Below, piece after piece: positions 9,722 to 19,719 of a stretch of 64,000 nucleotides of DNA. The stretch is from an uncultured bacterium (GTDB lineage: Bacteria > Planctomycetota > UBA1135 > GCA-002686595): contig CALSNU010000006.1 in the NCBI GenBank assembly GCA_943787795.1, forward strand, positions 224,001 through 288,000, read 5' to 3'. Below the pieces are notes generated by a model that did no database searches, was not told the origin of the DNA, and saw only the letters and a program-made list of their open reading frames with translations. The stretch's first letter is position 1; every line of letters starts with the position of its first letter. The position numbers and the translations under genes were made by a program.

Positions 9722-10495
9722 ATGATTCAAAAGAAGAACCACGGCGACCTGCGCATCGTCCTCGAGGTCTGGCGCCAGAACGGCCCGGGCGCCCCCGGCG
9801 CGTTCGAGGAGCACGAGGTCATGGCCAACGAGCACATGTCCTTCCTCGAGCTCCTCGACGTGCTCAACGAGCAGCTCGTGGAGTCCGGCCAGGAGCCCTT
9901 CGTATTCGAGCATGACTGCCGCGAGGGCATCTGCGGCTCCTGCTCCATGACGATCGACGGCAAGCCGCACGGCCCGCGCGACCGGACCACCGCGTGCCAG
10001 CTCCACATGCGCGAGTACCGCAACGGCGACCGCGTGCGCGTCGAGCCCTGGCGCGCCAACGCGTTCCCGGTGGTCAAGGACCTCATGACCGACCGCAGCG
10101 CCTTTGATCGAATCCAGCAGGCGGGCGGCTACGTGTCCATCAACACGGGCTCCGCACCGGATGCGCACGCCATGCCGATCAACAAGGAGAACGCAGACAT
10201 GGCGTTCGACGCGGCGGCGTGCATCGGCTGCGGCGCCTGCGTCGCGGCGTGCCCGAACGCCTCGGCCATGCTCTTCACCTCCGCCAAGCTCAGCCAGTAC
10301 ACGCTGCTGCCCCAAGGCCAGCCCGAGCGTGATCAGCGGGCCCTGGGCATGGTGGAGCAGATGGACGCCGAGGGATTCGGCAACTGCACCAACCACTACG
10401 AGTGTGAGGCCGCCTGCCCCAAGGGCATCTCCGTCACCAACATCGCCCGCATGAACCGGGAATACGCCCGGGCGACCCTGCGGCGCCGAGACTGA
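9722..10495 (+). CDS. sdhB: Succinate dehydrogenase/fumarate reductase iron-sulfur subunit
   Basis: [33 protein letters not shown]e-S motifs. Confidence 0.97.
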   Translation: MIQKKNHGDLRIVLEVWRQNGPGAPGAFEEHEVMANEHMSFLELLDVLNEQLVESGQEPFVFEHDCREGICGSCSMTIDGKPHGPRDRTTACQLHMREYRNGDRVRVEPWRANAFPVVKDLMTDRSAFDRIQQAGGYVSINTGSAPDAHAMPINKENADMAFDAAACIGCGACVAACPNASAMLFTSAKLSQYTLLPQGQPERDQRALGMVEQMDAEGFGNCTNHYECEAACPKGISVTNIARMNREYARATLRRRD

Positions 10496-10565
10496 CGGGC
10501 CAAGACCCTCATGCAGGGGCAGTGAATCTGCCTCGCCGGGACCCTTGAGGCTCCCAGCTAGCTCC

Positions 10566-10608
10566 TTCAGGGCAGCAGCCGCCCGCGGCTCTGCCCTGAA
10601 CTTATTTT
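10566..10608 (+). terminator. Probable intrinsic terminator after sdhCAB
   Basis: TTCAGGGCAG-C-AGCCGC-CC-GCGGCT-CTGCCCTGAA hairpin followed by CTTATTTT. Confidence 0.65.
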
Positions 10609-10793
10609 GCTGCCGCCGCCGCGGGACCGTCGCTCCGGACGTCGCGGGGTCTCGATGGCGTGCGGGAGGGGCCAAGCCTCCAATTCCCCCTGCTTCAGCT
10701 CCGAGAATTTGTCCGCTCTGCGAGAATGCGAACCCCTTCAGGGCGAACAGGCCTGCTCCCGGCGTCGCAAGCTCCCTTCTCGGCAAGTACCCG

Positions 10794-12980
10794 ATGAATC
10801 CCATGCTCAACAAGGCTCTCCTCACGACAACTCTCTGCGTCCTCCTCGGCGGCTCCGCCCTCGCTCAGGCCCCCACGCTCCAGGCCAACCCCGCGGCGAA
10901 CAACGGGCAGAGCATCAACGGCGTCGGGCTGTTCTTCGACGTGGAGAGTCTCGTTGGCTCGCGCATCACGCACCTGACCACCGCCTCAAGCACATCCCTT
11001 GGAGCGACCTTTCGTATCGAGGTCCTCACGCGCCCAGGTTCAGTCCTGGGCAATCCGGGACCCGGTCAGAGCCTGAGCGGTTGGACCTCCCTCGGCGTGG
11101 CCACCGGGAGACAGAACTCGACCGACGGGTCACTTCCGTCCGAGGTGATCGACATCCCAGACATCGAGGTCCCCTGCAACGGTGTGGTCGGGGTCGCCGT
11201 CGTCTTCGTCGATACGAGCGTCCAGTACTTCGGCACCGGGCCGGCTCCCCTTCAGACCTTCACGGACGGGGTGCTGACGCTCACGACGGGCGACGCCCGG
11301 AGCATTCCCTTCAGCACTGGCAGCCCCTGGCTCAGCTCCCGTGGACTTGTCGGGGAGCTGATTTACGAGGAGGTCAGAGAGCCGGGCCGGCTCTTCATGC
11401 GAAAGACGTTCGGCGGCTTCACGGACATCTCAACGACGGGTACGCCCCTGAGCCTCGGCGACGACGAGGAGAGGGACATCTTCACCGCTGTGGGAAACAG
11501 CGTGTTCGGCTCGGGCAACGTGAGGATCGGCAGCAATGGAGGCGTCCGCTTCCCCGGCGCCACGGTGGGAGCCGATTTGTTCCCCGGCAACCGCCCTCTA
11601 CCCAGCATCAGCGCCTTCAACGGGGCCGTCGCCCTCCTGCCTTTCTGGGACGACATCGATACCCAGTCCGGGTCCGTGGGGCAGATCTACTGGCAGCAGG
11701 ATTGCTGCGAGCTGATCATTCAGTGGGACGACGTCGGCTTCTACAACGGGGCGCCGTCAGAGCGGGCCACCTTCCAGCTCACGGTGTACGCCAATGAGGA
11801 CGTCCTCGCACAGTTCTCTTACCGCGACGTGGAGGGCGCACGTGCAGGCGGTGGTGAGTCCGCCACCATCGGGTTTCAGGCCGGCGGTTTGAGCGAGACC
11901 TTCCAGTACTCCTTCGACGCCAGATCCGCGGTGGACAACTTCACCAACATCGAGATCGTCCAGTCTCCGGCTCTCATCTTCGACAACACCCTCCCCGGGG
12001 CCTACGTCGACATCTCGTCCACCGGCACGCCCCTGAACCTCGCGGACGACGAGTCGATCGACATCGTCACGACGATCGGCAACGAGCTGCTGAACGCCGG
12101 CGTCGTGCGCGTCGGCAGCAACGGGGGCCTGCGCTTCGCGGGCAGCAGCCCGGACCTCGGCCCCGGCAACCAGCAGATCCCAAGCCTCATGGCCTTTGGC
12201 GCCGAGCAAGCGCTCCTGCCGTTCTGGGACGACATCAACACCGACTCGGGCCAGGGAGGGCAGATCTACTGGGAAGAGATCGGCACGAGCTTGATCGTGC
12301 AGTGGGACCGCGTCGAATTCTTCGGGTCGGGCAGCACGCAGACAGCCACCTTCCAGGTCCAGGTGCACGCCGCCGGGCCCACCTACGCCCAGTTCCTCTA
12401 CGAGGATGTGAGCGGAGCGCGAGCGGCCAATGGCGGCTCGGCGACCGTCGGCTACCAGGACCCTTCCACCGGAGGCGGATCCACTGTCAGCTTCGACAGC
12501 CCGATCATTCAGGATGGCTCGGTCTGGTCGCTGACGACCCGCCAACCCGATGTCGGGACGAGCTATTGTGGCCCTGCTAACGTGAACTCCACCTTCGGGA
12601 GCGCGCAGATCACCGCCAGCGGGAGCCGCTCTGCCGCCTGTGACACCCTTGTCCTGACCGCCTCGGTGCTGCCCGCCAACACCTTTGGCTTCTTCCTTGT
12701 CTCGCGGGACACGGGCTTCGCGGCGAGTCCCGGTGGGTCCCAGGGCAACCTGTGCTTGAGCGGCTCGATCGGCCGCTCCGTGGGGCTGGGCATCCTCAAC
12801 TCGGGTCCGAGCGGCACCATCTCAACGCCCGCACTCCTGAGCGCGCTCCCCACCCCCACAGGTGCGGTCTCGGCGCTCCCGGGGGACACCTGGAACTTCC
12901 AGGCATGGTTCCGGGACAACCTGAACGGGACGACGACCTCGAACTTCACCGACGCCGTTCAGGTCAAGGTCGGACTCTGA
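10794..12980 (+). CDS. Secreted beta-rich protein with two nidogen (NIDO)-like repeats and a C-terminal lineage-type domain
   Basis: Signal peptide (..GGSALAQA). Two ~180-aa repeats (DISTTGTPL..GSNGG..LLPFWDDI..IQWD..TFQ). C-terminal YC..NS..GNLCL..WNFQAWFRD..SNF domain. Confidence 0.8.
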   Translation: MNPMLNKALLTTTLCVLLGGSALAQAPTLQANPAANNGQSINGVGLFFDVESLVGSRITHLTTASSTSLGATFRIEVLTRPGSVLGNPGPGQSLSGWTSLGVATGRQNSTDGSLPSEVIDIPDIEVPCNGVVGVAVVFVDTSVQYFGTGPAPLQTFTDGVLTLTTGDARSIPFSTGSPWLSSRGLVGELIYEEVREPGRLFMRKTFGGFTDISTTGTPLSLGDDEERDIFTAVGNSVFGSGNVRIGSNGGVRFPGATVGADLFPGNRPLPSISAFNGAVALLPFWDDIDTQSGSVGQIYWQQDCCELIIQWDDVGFYNGAPSERATFQLTVYANEDVLAQFSYRDVEGARAGGGESATIGFQAGGLSETFQYSFDARSAVDNFTNIEIVQSPALIFDNTLPGAYVDISSTGTPLNLADDESIDIVTTIGNELLNAGVVRVGSNGGLRFAGSSPDLGPGNQQIPSLMAFGAEQALLPFWDDINTDSGQGGQIYWEEIGTSLIVQWDRVEFFGSGSTQTATFQVQVHAAGPTYAQFLYEDVSGARAANGGSATVGYQDPSTGGGSTVSFDSPIIQDGSVWSLTTRQPDVGTSYCGPANVNSTFGSAQITASGSRSAACDTLVLTASVLPANTFGFFLVSRDTGFAASPGGSQGNLCLSGSIGRSVGLGILNSGPSGTISTPALLSALPTPTGAVSALPGDTWNFQAWFRDNLNGTTTSNFTDAVQVKVGL

Positions 12981-13438
12981 CCGCGACGGCGGGCCTCCGG
13001 CCCTTTGAACAGTCGGCCGATAGGTCCGCTCAAGGGATCACCGAGAGGGCCACTGAAGGGCCCGCTGCCCCAGTCCGGGTGGCGGGCCTGCTCTGTTCGC
13101 TGGGGTCCTCTCGCCGCAGCCCGCCCCCAGCGGATCAGGGGCCTCGCGACCCCATCGAGCCCCCTGCCCCCCCGCTCCCTCTGGCAGCCCATACGGCTCA
13201 GTCACCCCTGCGGACGCGGGACGCGTGGGTCGTGGTGTCCGTGCTTCCAAGGGGCACCGACGATCACCGCCAGACCGCCAGTGATTGGAGTGGCGAGGTG
13301 GGCCCAGTTGGACCCGGCGACCATGGCGGCGCCAGGCGCGGTTCTTCCAGGCGCCGTCGCTCTCGCCCGAGTGACGTCCGTCGAACCGGTCTGACCGAAG
13401 GTTCAGCGAGTGCAGGGAGGCACTGGGTGCGGCCTGAA

Positions 13439-14893
13439 TCAGGCAGCCCCGATGGGCGCGGGCTCCTGGGCGAGCTCGGGCTGCGGCTCCGTGGAGCAGG
13501 GGGACGGGCGGACCCAGCTCAGCGATACGCCCCCGGCGGCACAGGCCCGCGCGAGCTCGGCCCGAAGATCGGGCTGGGCCATCTCGATGGCGCAGTGCAC
13601 CGCCGCCGCACGGCCTGCTCGGATGGTCCCGAGCGCTCCTATTGCCGAGTCGAAGACCCATACCCTCGCGGCGGTCTCCTGGCCGAGGCGATCGATCCGC
13701 AGTCGAGCGCGACGGGGATCCCCGTCGATCAGGATGACCGGATCGGCTTCCGCGGGAGCCGAACGAATGCTGATGCACGCTCGGGTGCCGAGGCCAGCAG
13801 CGCTCTGCACTCGGAGCCCCGCCCCGACCTCCGACAGGGCCAGACGAAGGCTCGCGGTGCCGAGCCCCGTGGACTGCGGCATACCAACTCCGGGCAGCGC
13901 CCCCGACGGGGCATCAGACCGGAGATCAGACCGCCGAGCGCCAAGGCCCCCGTCGAGGAAGACCTTCAGCGCTGCAGGCGCCATCCCGTCTCCGTCGTCG
14001 GCGACGACCACGTCGAGATCAAGCCCCAGCTCGGCGGCACCTCGCTGATCGACCTCGACCGTCACGCTGCCGGGCCCCCTCGCTCCTCGCGAGGCGGCCT
14101 CCAGCGCGTTGGTGAGGAGGTTGCGAATGGCTCGAGCCATGGCGTTCCTGGGAGCGAGGATGTAGAGCGAGCCCTTGCACCTCACACGCAGCGCAGGCTG
14201 ACCGCTGGCGCCACCGCGGGCGGCCGCCGTGGCCGCCTTGGCCTCCTCCAGGAGGAGATCCTTGAGCTTGATGAGGGTGGGGTGGGGCACCCGCTGGGAG
14301 CTCTCCGCGCCGAGCGCTGCTTGAGCGAGTTCACGGGCCGAGGACAGAGCCTCGAGCACGCGCCCGCCGTCCTCCTCTCCGCCTCGCGTGGCATAGAGCA
14401 CGGCCCGCGTCAGTTCGTTGCGCAGATCGTGAGCCGCGGCTGCGGCATTCCGGCCCTGCGCCGCGGCCCTCTCTGCCCGTCGCAAGCGCTCACGAGCGGC
14501 TCGTCGGGCCCCCATGGCAGCGGCCAGCGACCCCACCTCCAGGAGGGTCTTCCTGGGCGGCAGCGCCCCCTGGGGCGCTGCGACGACCAGCTCACCGCCG
14601 TCGACATGAATGGTGGCCTCGTCGCTCCCCGAGCCACCGCACGGCTCGACCCCGGAGCTCACCTCCAGGATCCCCTGCCGACCGCTGGCCTTGACGAGGG
14701 CTCTCTCACACGGAAATGCGAGGTCAAAGTCACCCTCTCGGCCCACAGGTCGCCACCCGAGGCGTACCAGACCGAGGCGGGCAGCGGTCTCTGTCCACGC
14801 CTCATCTGCCTCCGGGTCGACCTCGCCGTCGATGGAGCTGGAGCCAAACGGCAGCGAGAGCCATTCGGTCAGGGGTGTCCAGGGCAGCCTCAC
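13439..14893 (-). CDS. Sensor histidine kinase with degenerate C-terminal receiver-like domain
   Basis: H-box AHDLRNEL, N-box RNLLTNALEA, G1 DDGDGM, G2 TGLG..GLGT; start uncertain. Confidence 0.8.
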   Translation of the reverse strand: MRLPWTPLTEWLSLPFGSSSIDGEVDPEADEAWTETAARLGLVRLGWRPVGREGDFDLAFPCERALVKASGRQGILEVSSGVEPCGGSGSDEATIHVDGGELVVAAPQGALPPRKTLLEVGSLAAAMGARRAARERLRRAERAAAQGRNAAAAAHDLRNELTRAVLYATRGGEEDGGRVLEALSSARELAQAALGAESSQRVPHPTLIKLKDLLLEEAKAATAAARGGASGQPALRVRCKGSLYILAPRNAMARAIRNLLTNALEAASRGARGPGSVTVEVDQRGAAELGLDLDVVVADDGDGMAPAALKVFLDGGLGARRSDLRSDAPSGALPGVGMPQSTGLGTASLRLALSEVGAGLRVQSAAGLGTRACISIRSAPAEADPVILIDGDPRRARLRIDRLGQETAARVWVFDSAIGALGTIRAGRAAAVHCAIEMAQPDLRAELARACAAGGVSLSWVRPSPCSTEPQPELAQEPAPIGAA

Positions 14894-15310
14894 CCTCGCG
14901 AGTCTGCCTGCTTGGGAGGCCCGATAGAAGCCTCAGGGACTCGATCCTTCGACCAGTGGGGCAACCTCGGTTACGCCGCCGGAACACACCCCGAGGGGCC
15001 TCCGTGCGCGACACCCCGCCGCCGTGGCGAAAAGTCGAGTCAGTGCCCCGTATGAACCGTGTCTGACCGTGCTGAGAGCACTATTATGGGGCGCGTCGTG
15101 GGAGTGATCCCGCGGCGTGGAGTTGGGCTCGCCCTTGGCACGGCCCTTGCTCCTCCGTGGGTCACCGCCGGAGTTCTCCTCCCGCCCCGGCCTCACAACT
15201 TGACCCAAGCGTCGAGCGCTCGACGACCCGAACGGGTCCCGGAGCGTGGCTGCGTGAACCCGAACCGATTGATCACCGAGATCCGCAAGATCGACACGAT
15301 CCAGTCAACC

Positions 15311-17446
15311 ATGAAGAACCAGATGCTCGTTAGCGCCCTCGTTGCAGTCGGCGCGCTCTGCCTCCCCGCGACCTCCTTCGGTCACGGCGGCACCTACCGG
15401 GGCCCCGGTGACACCGTTCCGCCCGGTGGCGGCGGTGGCGGTGGCGGAGGCGGCGGCCCTGCCTCCCCCGGCCCGTCCGGCCCCTCGGCCCCCGGTCCGT
15501 CCGGTCCCTCGACCCCGGGCCCCGCCTCACCTGGCGCCCCCGCGGCGGGCCCGACGCAATCTGGCCCCACCTCGGGTGGGCCGGTGGCGATCGGCCAGGA
15601 CTTTTCGATCTGGGACTTCTGGTGGGGCTTCAACAAGGAGCCGTACCTCAACCTTCGTTCCAAGGTTCGCAGCGGCAACGTGCAGTCCGGTGGCGACGAC
15701 TTCTTCCTCGGCCGCGGTCAGGCCGAGCAGGTCAAGGACACGCTCCGCCCGACCCCGGACATGATCCGGAACGAGGTCGTCCCCGCCCTCAAGCTGGCCC
15801 TCGAGAAGGAGCGCCAGAATGACATCATCACTGGCTCGCTCATCGCTCTGGCGAAGATCGGCGACACCCAGGACTCCGACGGGACCTCCGAGTTCCAGGA
15901 GATCTTCGCGGGCTTCCTCGACAACGGTGAGCAAGAGATCTCCGAGACCGCGACCCTCGCGCTCGGCATCCTCGCGGACGATCGGACGGTCCCCATGCTC
16001 GTCTCGCTGATGCGCGACGACCCCGTGGCACGCAAGCTGGTGGGCAAGGAAGTCCCGATGCGCACGCGGTCCTTCGCCGCGTATGGCCTCGGGCTTGTGG
16101 GCTACCGGACGAGCGACAACGCCGTTCGCCAGACCATCGTCGAGCACCTCGTGGACATCCTCGAGATGCCCGACTTCGCTCAGCCGGACATCAAGGTTGG
16201 CGCGATCGCGTCGCTCGGGCTCATCCCGCTTGATTGGGACAGCGAGGCCGCTGCTGATGAGGCCGAGGGCAATGCTGCCACAGCCGCCAACAGGGCTGCG
16301 CTGCTCCGCTATCTCATCACTCGAATGAACGCGGACACCCGCGGCGAAAAGGGCGGCTTCGAGCAGTTCCGTGTGCGTTGCCAGGTCCCGATCGCTGCCG
16401 CGCGTCTCCTCGCGTCGCACGAGACCGAGGTCCCCGAGGCCCAGCTTGGGCTGCGCGGCGAGGTGATCAACCAGCTCCTCTCGCTCGTGGCCAAGAACTC
16501 GAAGGAGAAGACCGTCGAGGTCCTCCAGTCGAGCACGGTCGCCCTCGGAATGATCGGTAACGCCGAGAGCGGCGACACCGAAGGCGCCAAGCAGAACAAG
16601 GACATCTTCGACGAGCTGAAGCGGATCGCCAAGGATTCCGCCGACAACCAGACCGAGTACTTCGGGCTGATGGCTCTGGCCCAGATGGGCAGCCGTCCGG
16701 GCTCCGCCGGCGACAAGCGTGGCCTCCAGCCCATGGCCCAGAAGGAGCTCATGAGCGCCCTCGGGAGGGGTAAGGGCCAAAAGAAGCCGTGGGCTGCGAT
16801 GTCCCTCGGGGTCTTCGGCAACGCTCTCCTTGAGAACGACGGAACGCTGGACACCACGGTGCTCTCCGCCGTGCGCGACGCCGCCCGCAAGGGTGATCGT
16901 CCCGCCGAGGCTGGCGCCTACGCGGTGGCTCTCGGCCTTATGAAGGACACCGCGTCCGAGGATCTCCTTCTCGAGCGACTGGAGTACTTCAGCCAGGACG
17001 ACACTCGCGGTTACATCGCGGTGGGTCTGGGCCTCATGGAAGCCAACAGCTCCATCGAGCGTTTGAACGAGATCATCAACAAGTCCAAGTTCCGGCCTGA
17101 CCTCCTCAAGCAGGCGGCAGTCGGTCTCGGTCTTCTCGGGGATAAGTCCGCGGTGAAGGGTCTGGTCGAGATGCTCCGGACCGCCAAGGGTCTCTCGGCC
17201 CAGGCCGCCATCGCGAGCGCGCTCGGGACGATCGGTGACGCGAACTCGGTGGCGCCGCTTGTGGCCATGCTGAGCGACACGACCATCACGGACACCGCAC
17301 GCGGGTTCGCGGCGGTGGCGCTCGGGATCGTCTGTGACAAGCAGGACCTGCCCTGGAACACGCCGATCGCGAAGAACACCAACTATCGCGCGAACGTCTC
17401 CACGCTGACCAACGGCATCGGAACGGGCATCCTGGACATCCTGTGA
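15311..17446 (+). CDS. Secreted HEAT-repeat protein with Gly/Pro-rich linker
   Basis: Signal peptide ending ATSFG|HGG; G/P-rich segment; repeated AxxALGxxG HEAT-like units. Confidence 0.85.
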   Translation: MKNQMLVSALVAVGALCLPATSFGHGGTYRGPGDTVPPGGGGGGGGGGGPASPGPSGPSAPGPSGPSTPGPASPGAPAAGPTQSGPTSGGPVAIGQDFSIWDFWWGFNKEPYLNLRSKVRSGNVQSGGDDFFLGRGQAEQVKDTLRPTPDMIRNEVVPALKLALEKERQNDIITGSLIALAKIGDTQDSDGTSEFQEIFAGFLDNGEQEISETATLALGILADDRTVPMLVSLMRDDPVARKLVGKEVPMRTRSFAAYGLGLVGYRTSDNAVRQTIVEHLVDILEMPDFAQPDIKVGAIASLGLIPLDWDSEAAADEAEGNAATAANRAALLRYLITRMNADTRGEKGGFEQFRVRCQVPIAAARLLASHETEVPEAQLGLRGEVINQLLSLVAKNSKEKTVEVLQSSTVALGMIGNAESGDTEGAKQNKDIFDELKRIAKDSADNQTEYFGLMALAQMGSRPGSAGDKRGLQPMAQKELMSALGRGKGQKKPWAAMSLGVFGNALLENDGTLDTTVLSAVRDAARKGDRPAEAGAYAVALGLMKDTASEDLLLERLEYFSQDDTRGYIAVGLGLMEANSSIERLNEIINKSKFRPDLLKQAAVGLGLLGDKSAVKGLVEMLRTAKGLSAQAAIASALGTIGDANSVAPLVAMLSDTTITDTARGFAAVALGIVCDKQDLPWNTPIAKNTNYRANVSTLTNGIGTGILDIL

Positions 17447-17483
17447 GCCCTGGCCGCCCCAGCGGCGGCACAAGGACTCCTTC

Positions 17484-17524
17484 AAACGGCCCCGGTCGCT
17501 CACTGAGCGCCGGGGCCGTTTTTT
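17484..17524 (+). terminator. Intrinsic terminator
   Basis: AAACGGCCCCGG..CCGGGGCCGTTTTTT hairpin plus T-tract after the stop at 17446. Confidence 0.85.
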
Positions 17525-17681
17525 GTGCGCCGAGAGAGCATGCCCCGCGCTCCCCCTGCCCGCCCCGCAGGTTGCCGGAGGCCTCTCGCCGTCCAGCCCC
17601 TCATGCCCTTCGCCCCAAAACGCGGCTGGGGCCCGACCCTAATCCAGTGACAAGGCCACAACGGCCGTATATTGCCCGCGG

Positions 17682-19697
17682 ATGATGACGCCCAAGAGTG
17701 ACCGGCCCCCCACCGGCCGCGTAGCGAGGGCTCTGCGCGCCGCAGCCGTGGCCGTGGCGCTGATCGGCCCCGCGGCCTCGAGCCCGCAGCTCCTTTCCCC
17801 TCCTCGGGGAACGCTCGGCCCTGGGACAGGTGAGTCCACGGACGGCGGGCCGGGCGACCGCACACCCGTCTCCGCTGCGCGTGCCCAACCCTGGCGCACC
17901 TGGTGGGAGTTCAATCAGGACCCCTATCTGGTGAGGATGCGTGCGCCTGCGGCGCTCCCCGTTCGCTCCCGGCCGCTCGGGCTCCAGCGACCCCTTCGCA
18001 ACCCACGGCGTCCGGACCAAGCGACCACCTACCAGGAGGTCTATCCGGCCTTGCTGGCTGCCCTGGCCACCACGCGAGATGTGGACCTCCAGGCCTCCTG
18101 CCTCCTCGCGCTGGCGAAGATCGGGCCGCCTCCCGAAGCGATCTCCAAGACCCTCGAGTTCACCCCGCTTGCCGAGACCCTCCTGCCCTTCATCCGCGCC
18201 GCCAACGAACGCGTCCGCGACCTGGCCGTCCTCTCCCTCGGCATCTCGGGAGACGCGAGCGTTGCCCCGCTCCTCGCCTCCATCGCGCGCGATCAACCGG
18301 AAGGCCGCAAGGCGATCCGCGGGGGCAAGATCGACCGCCGCACACGCGCCTTCGCAGCCCATGCGCTCGGTCTCCTTGGGGCATCCACGCCGCGCCGGGC
18401 GGAGCGAGCCCTGATCGAACATGAGCTGAGGTTGATCGCCGCAGAGAACCACGACACGGCGGACCTGGTCGTGGCCGCTGTCATCGCGCTCGGCTGGTGC
18501 CCGCTCCCCGTGCAGGTCCAACCTCAGGGAGAACCAGCGATCCCTGGGGGCCGGGAGGCCACCATTCGGGCGTTGCTGGAGTTGGACGATCGTCGTGGCG
18601 TCGACTTCCGGGGACGCGCCCAGCTCCCGGTCGCGGTGGCACGCCTCCTGGCGGCCCCCCTTGAACCGCTCCCCGCCGAGGCTGGCCTTCAGGCCTCCGT
18701 GCGGCTCTTCGAGCTCCGCCACGAGCTCGTCGCTAGGTTCTCCGCGCGCCTCCACGGCCCGCGGCCTGAGAAGCTCGCGGTGGTCCGCGAGGGGCTGGCC
18801 CAGGCACTCGGCCTCCTCATCCTGGACCAGGCCACCCCCGCGGACACCGCGGCCATCGCGGCCCTCACGGCCGTGGCCAGCGACGGACAGGAGACCGAGG
18901 CGCTGCTCAGCATGATCGCGCTGGCGAGGGTTTGCGGCCGGGCTTCGCTCGACCGCGGGCAGACAGCACGGGACATTCGCAGGACCCTCACCCGCCTGGC
19001 TATCGAGGGCAGCTCCCTTCGACAAGCCTCTGCCCTGCTCGCCCTCGGCGTCGCCGATGACCGTGGACAGTCCACCGGGCAGGCCCCGGCCCTCGGCACC
19101 CGCTCGTTCCTCGCTCGCCGCGCCGCCAAGGGCTCCCCCGCCCAGGCCACGGCGGCGACGATCTCACTGGGCCTCACGGGCGACCGGGAAGGCGCCGCCG
19201 CTGCACGGGCCGGATTGACCACCGGGAACTTCGCGGACCGCGGTGCCCGGGCCCTGGCGGTCGCCATGCTCGTGGATGGGCCGGGGCTCGAGACGATCCG
19301 CACCGAGCTGCGCAGCCCCCTCTACCGCCCGTACCTCACCCGGGACTTCGCCACAGCGCTCGCGCTGGTGGGCGACACGCAGCTGGTCCCGCTCCTCATC
19401 GGACGCCTGGTCAACGCGAACTTCATCCCGGAGAGGATTGCGGCGGTCCAGGCCTTCGAGTGGAGCACAGACCCCGAGGCCGCGTCGGCGCTACTGTTCG
19501 TGTTGACAGAGCCGCACCTCGGCACCAAGCAGATCGACGACACCAGCCGGGCGTTCGCGGCGTCAGCGCTCGGCAACCTCTGCAGCCAGGATCCCCTGCC
19601 CTGGAACGCCCGCATCGCGCTGGACGTGGTCTGGAACGCAGCGCCGCCGTCCCTCACGGATGCGAGGAACGGCGGCGGAGTGCTGGACGTGCTTTGA
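17682..19697 (+). CDS. HEAT-repeat protein, paralog of the upstream gene
   Basis: Shares WWEFNQDPYL, LALAKIG, RTRAFAAHALGL, LPWN and GGGVLDVL* with 15311-17446. Confidence 0.85.
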   Translation: MMTPKSDRPPTGRVARALRAAAVAVALIGPAASSPQLLSPPRGTLGPGTGESTDGGPGDRTPVSAARAQPWRTWWEFNQDPYLVRMRAPAALPVRSRPLGLQRPLRNPRRPDQATTYQEVYPALLAALATTRDVDLQASCLLALAKIGPPPEAISKTLEFTPLAETLLPFIRAANERVRDLAVLSLGISGDASVAPLLASIARDQPEGRKAIRGGKIDRRTRAFAAHALGLLGASTPRRAERALIEHELRLIAAENHDTADLVVAAVIALGWCPLPVQVQPQGEPAIPGGREATIRALLELDDRRGVDFRGRAQLPVAVARLLAAPLEPLPAEAGLQASVRLFELRHELVARFSARLHGPRPEKLAVVREGLAQALGLLILDQATPADTAAIAALTAVASDGQETEALLSMIALARVCGRASLDRGQTARDIRRTLTRLAIEGSSLRQASALLALGVADDRGQSTGQAPALGTRSFLARRAAKGSPAQATAATISLGLTGDREGAAAARAGLTTGNFADRGARALAVAMLVDGPGLETIRTELRSPLYRPYLTRDFATALALVGDTQLVPLLIGRLVNANFIPERIAAVQAFEWSTDPEAASALLFVLTEPHLGTKQIDDTSRAFAASALGNLCSQDPLPWNARIALDVVWNAAPPSLTDARNGGGVLDVL

Positions 19698-19719
19698 GCC
19701 GCTGAGGCGGCCGGCGGGA

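Noticed and set aside
7066..10495. Missing sdhD as a novelty
   Set aside because: Three-subunit complexes with one larger diheme cytochrome b anchor are well known.
10610..10790. Riboswitch or ncRNA in the leader of the secreted protein
   Set aside because: No recognisable conserved aptamer motif by eye; an Infernal/Rfam scan would be needed.
12981..13438. Small gene or ncRNA between convergent genes
   Set aside because: Candidate ORFs have atypical composition and no motifs; only a GC hairpin near 13055-13090 is evident.
12752..15055. 767-aa plus-strand ORF, and similar long ORFs (2351-4144, 15527-17503, 44732-46837, 53859-55928, 56914-58833)
   Set aside because: Antisense shadows of motif-bearing genes; they lack recognisable domains, as expected in high-GC DNA.
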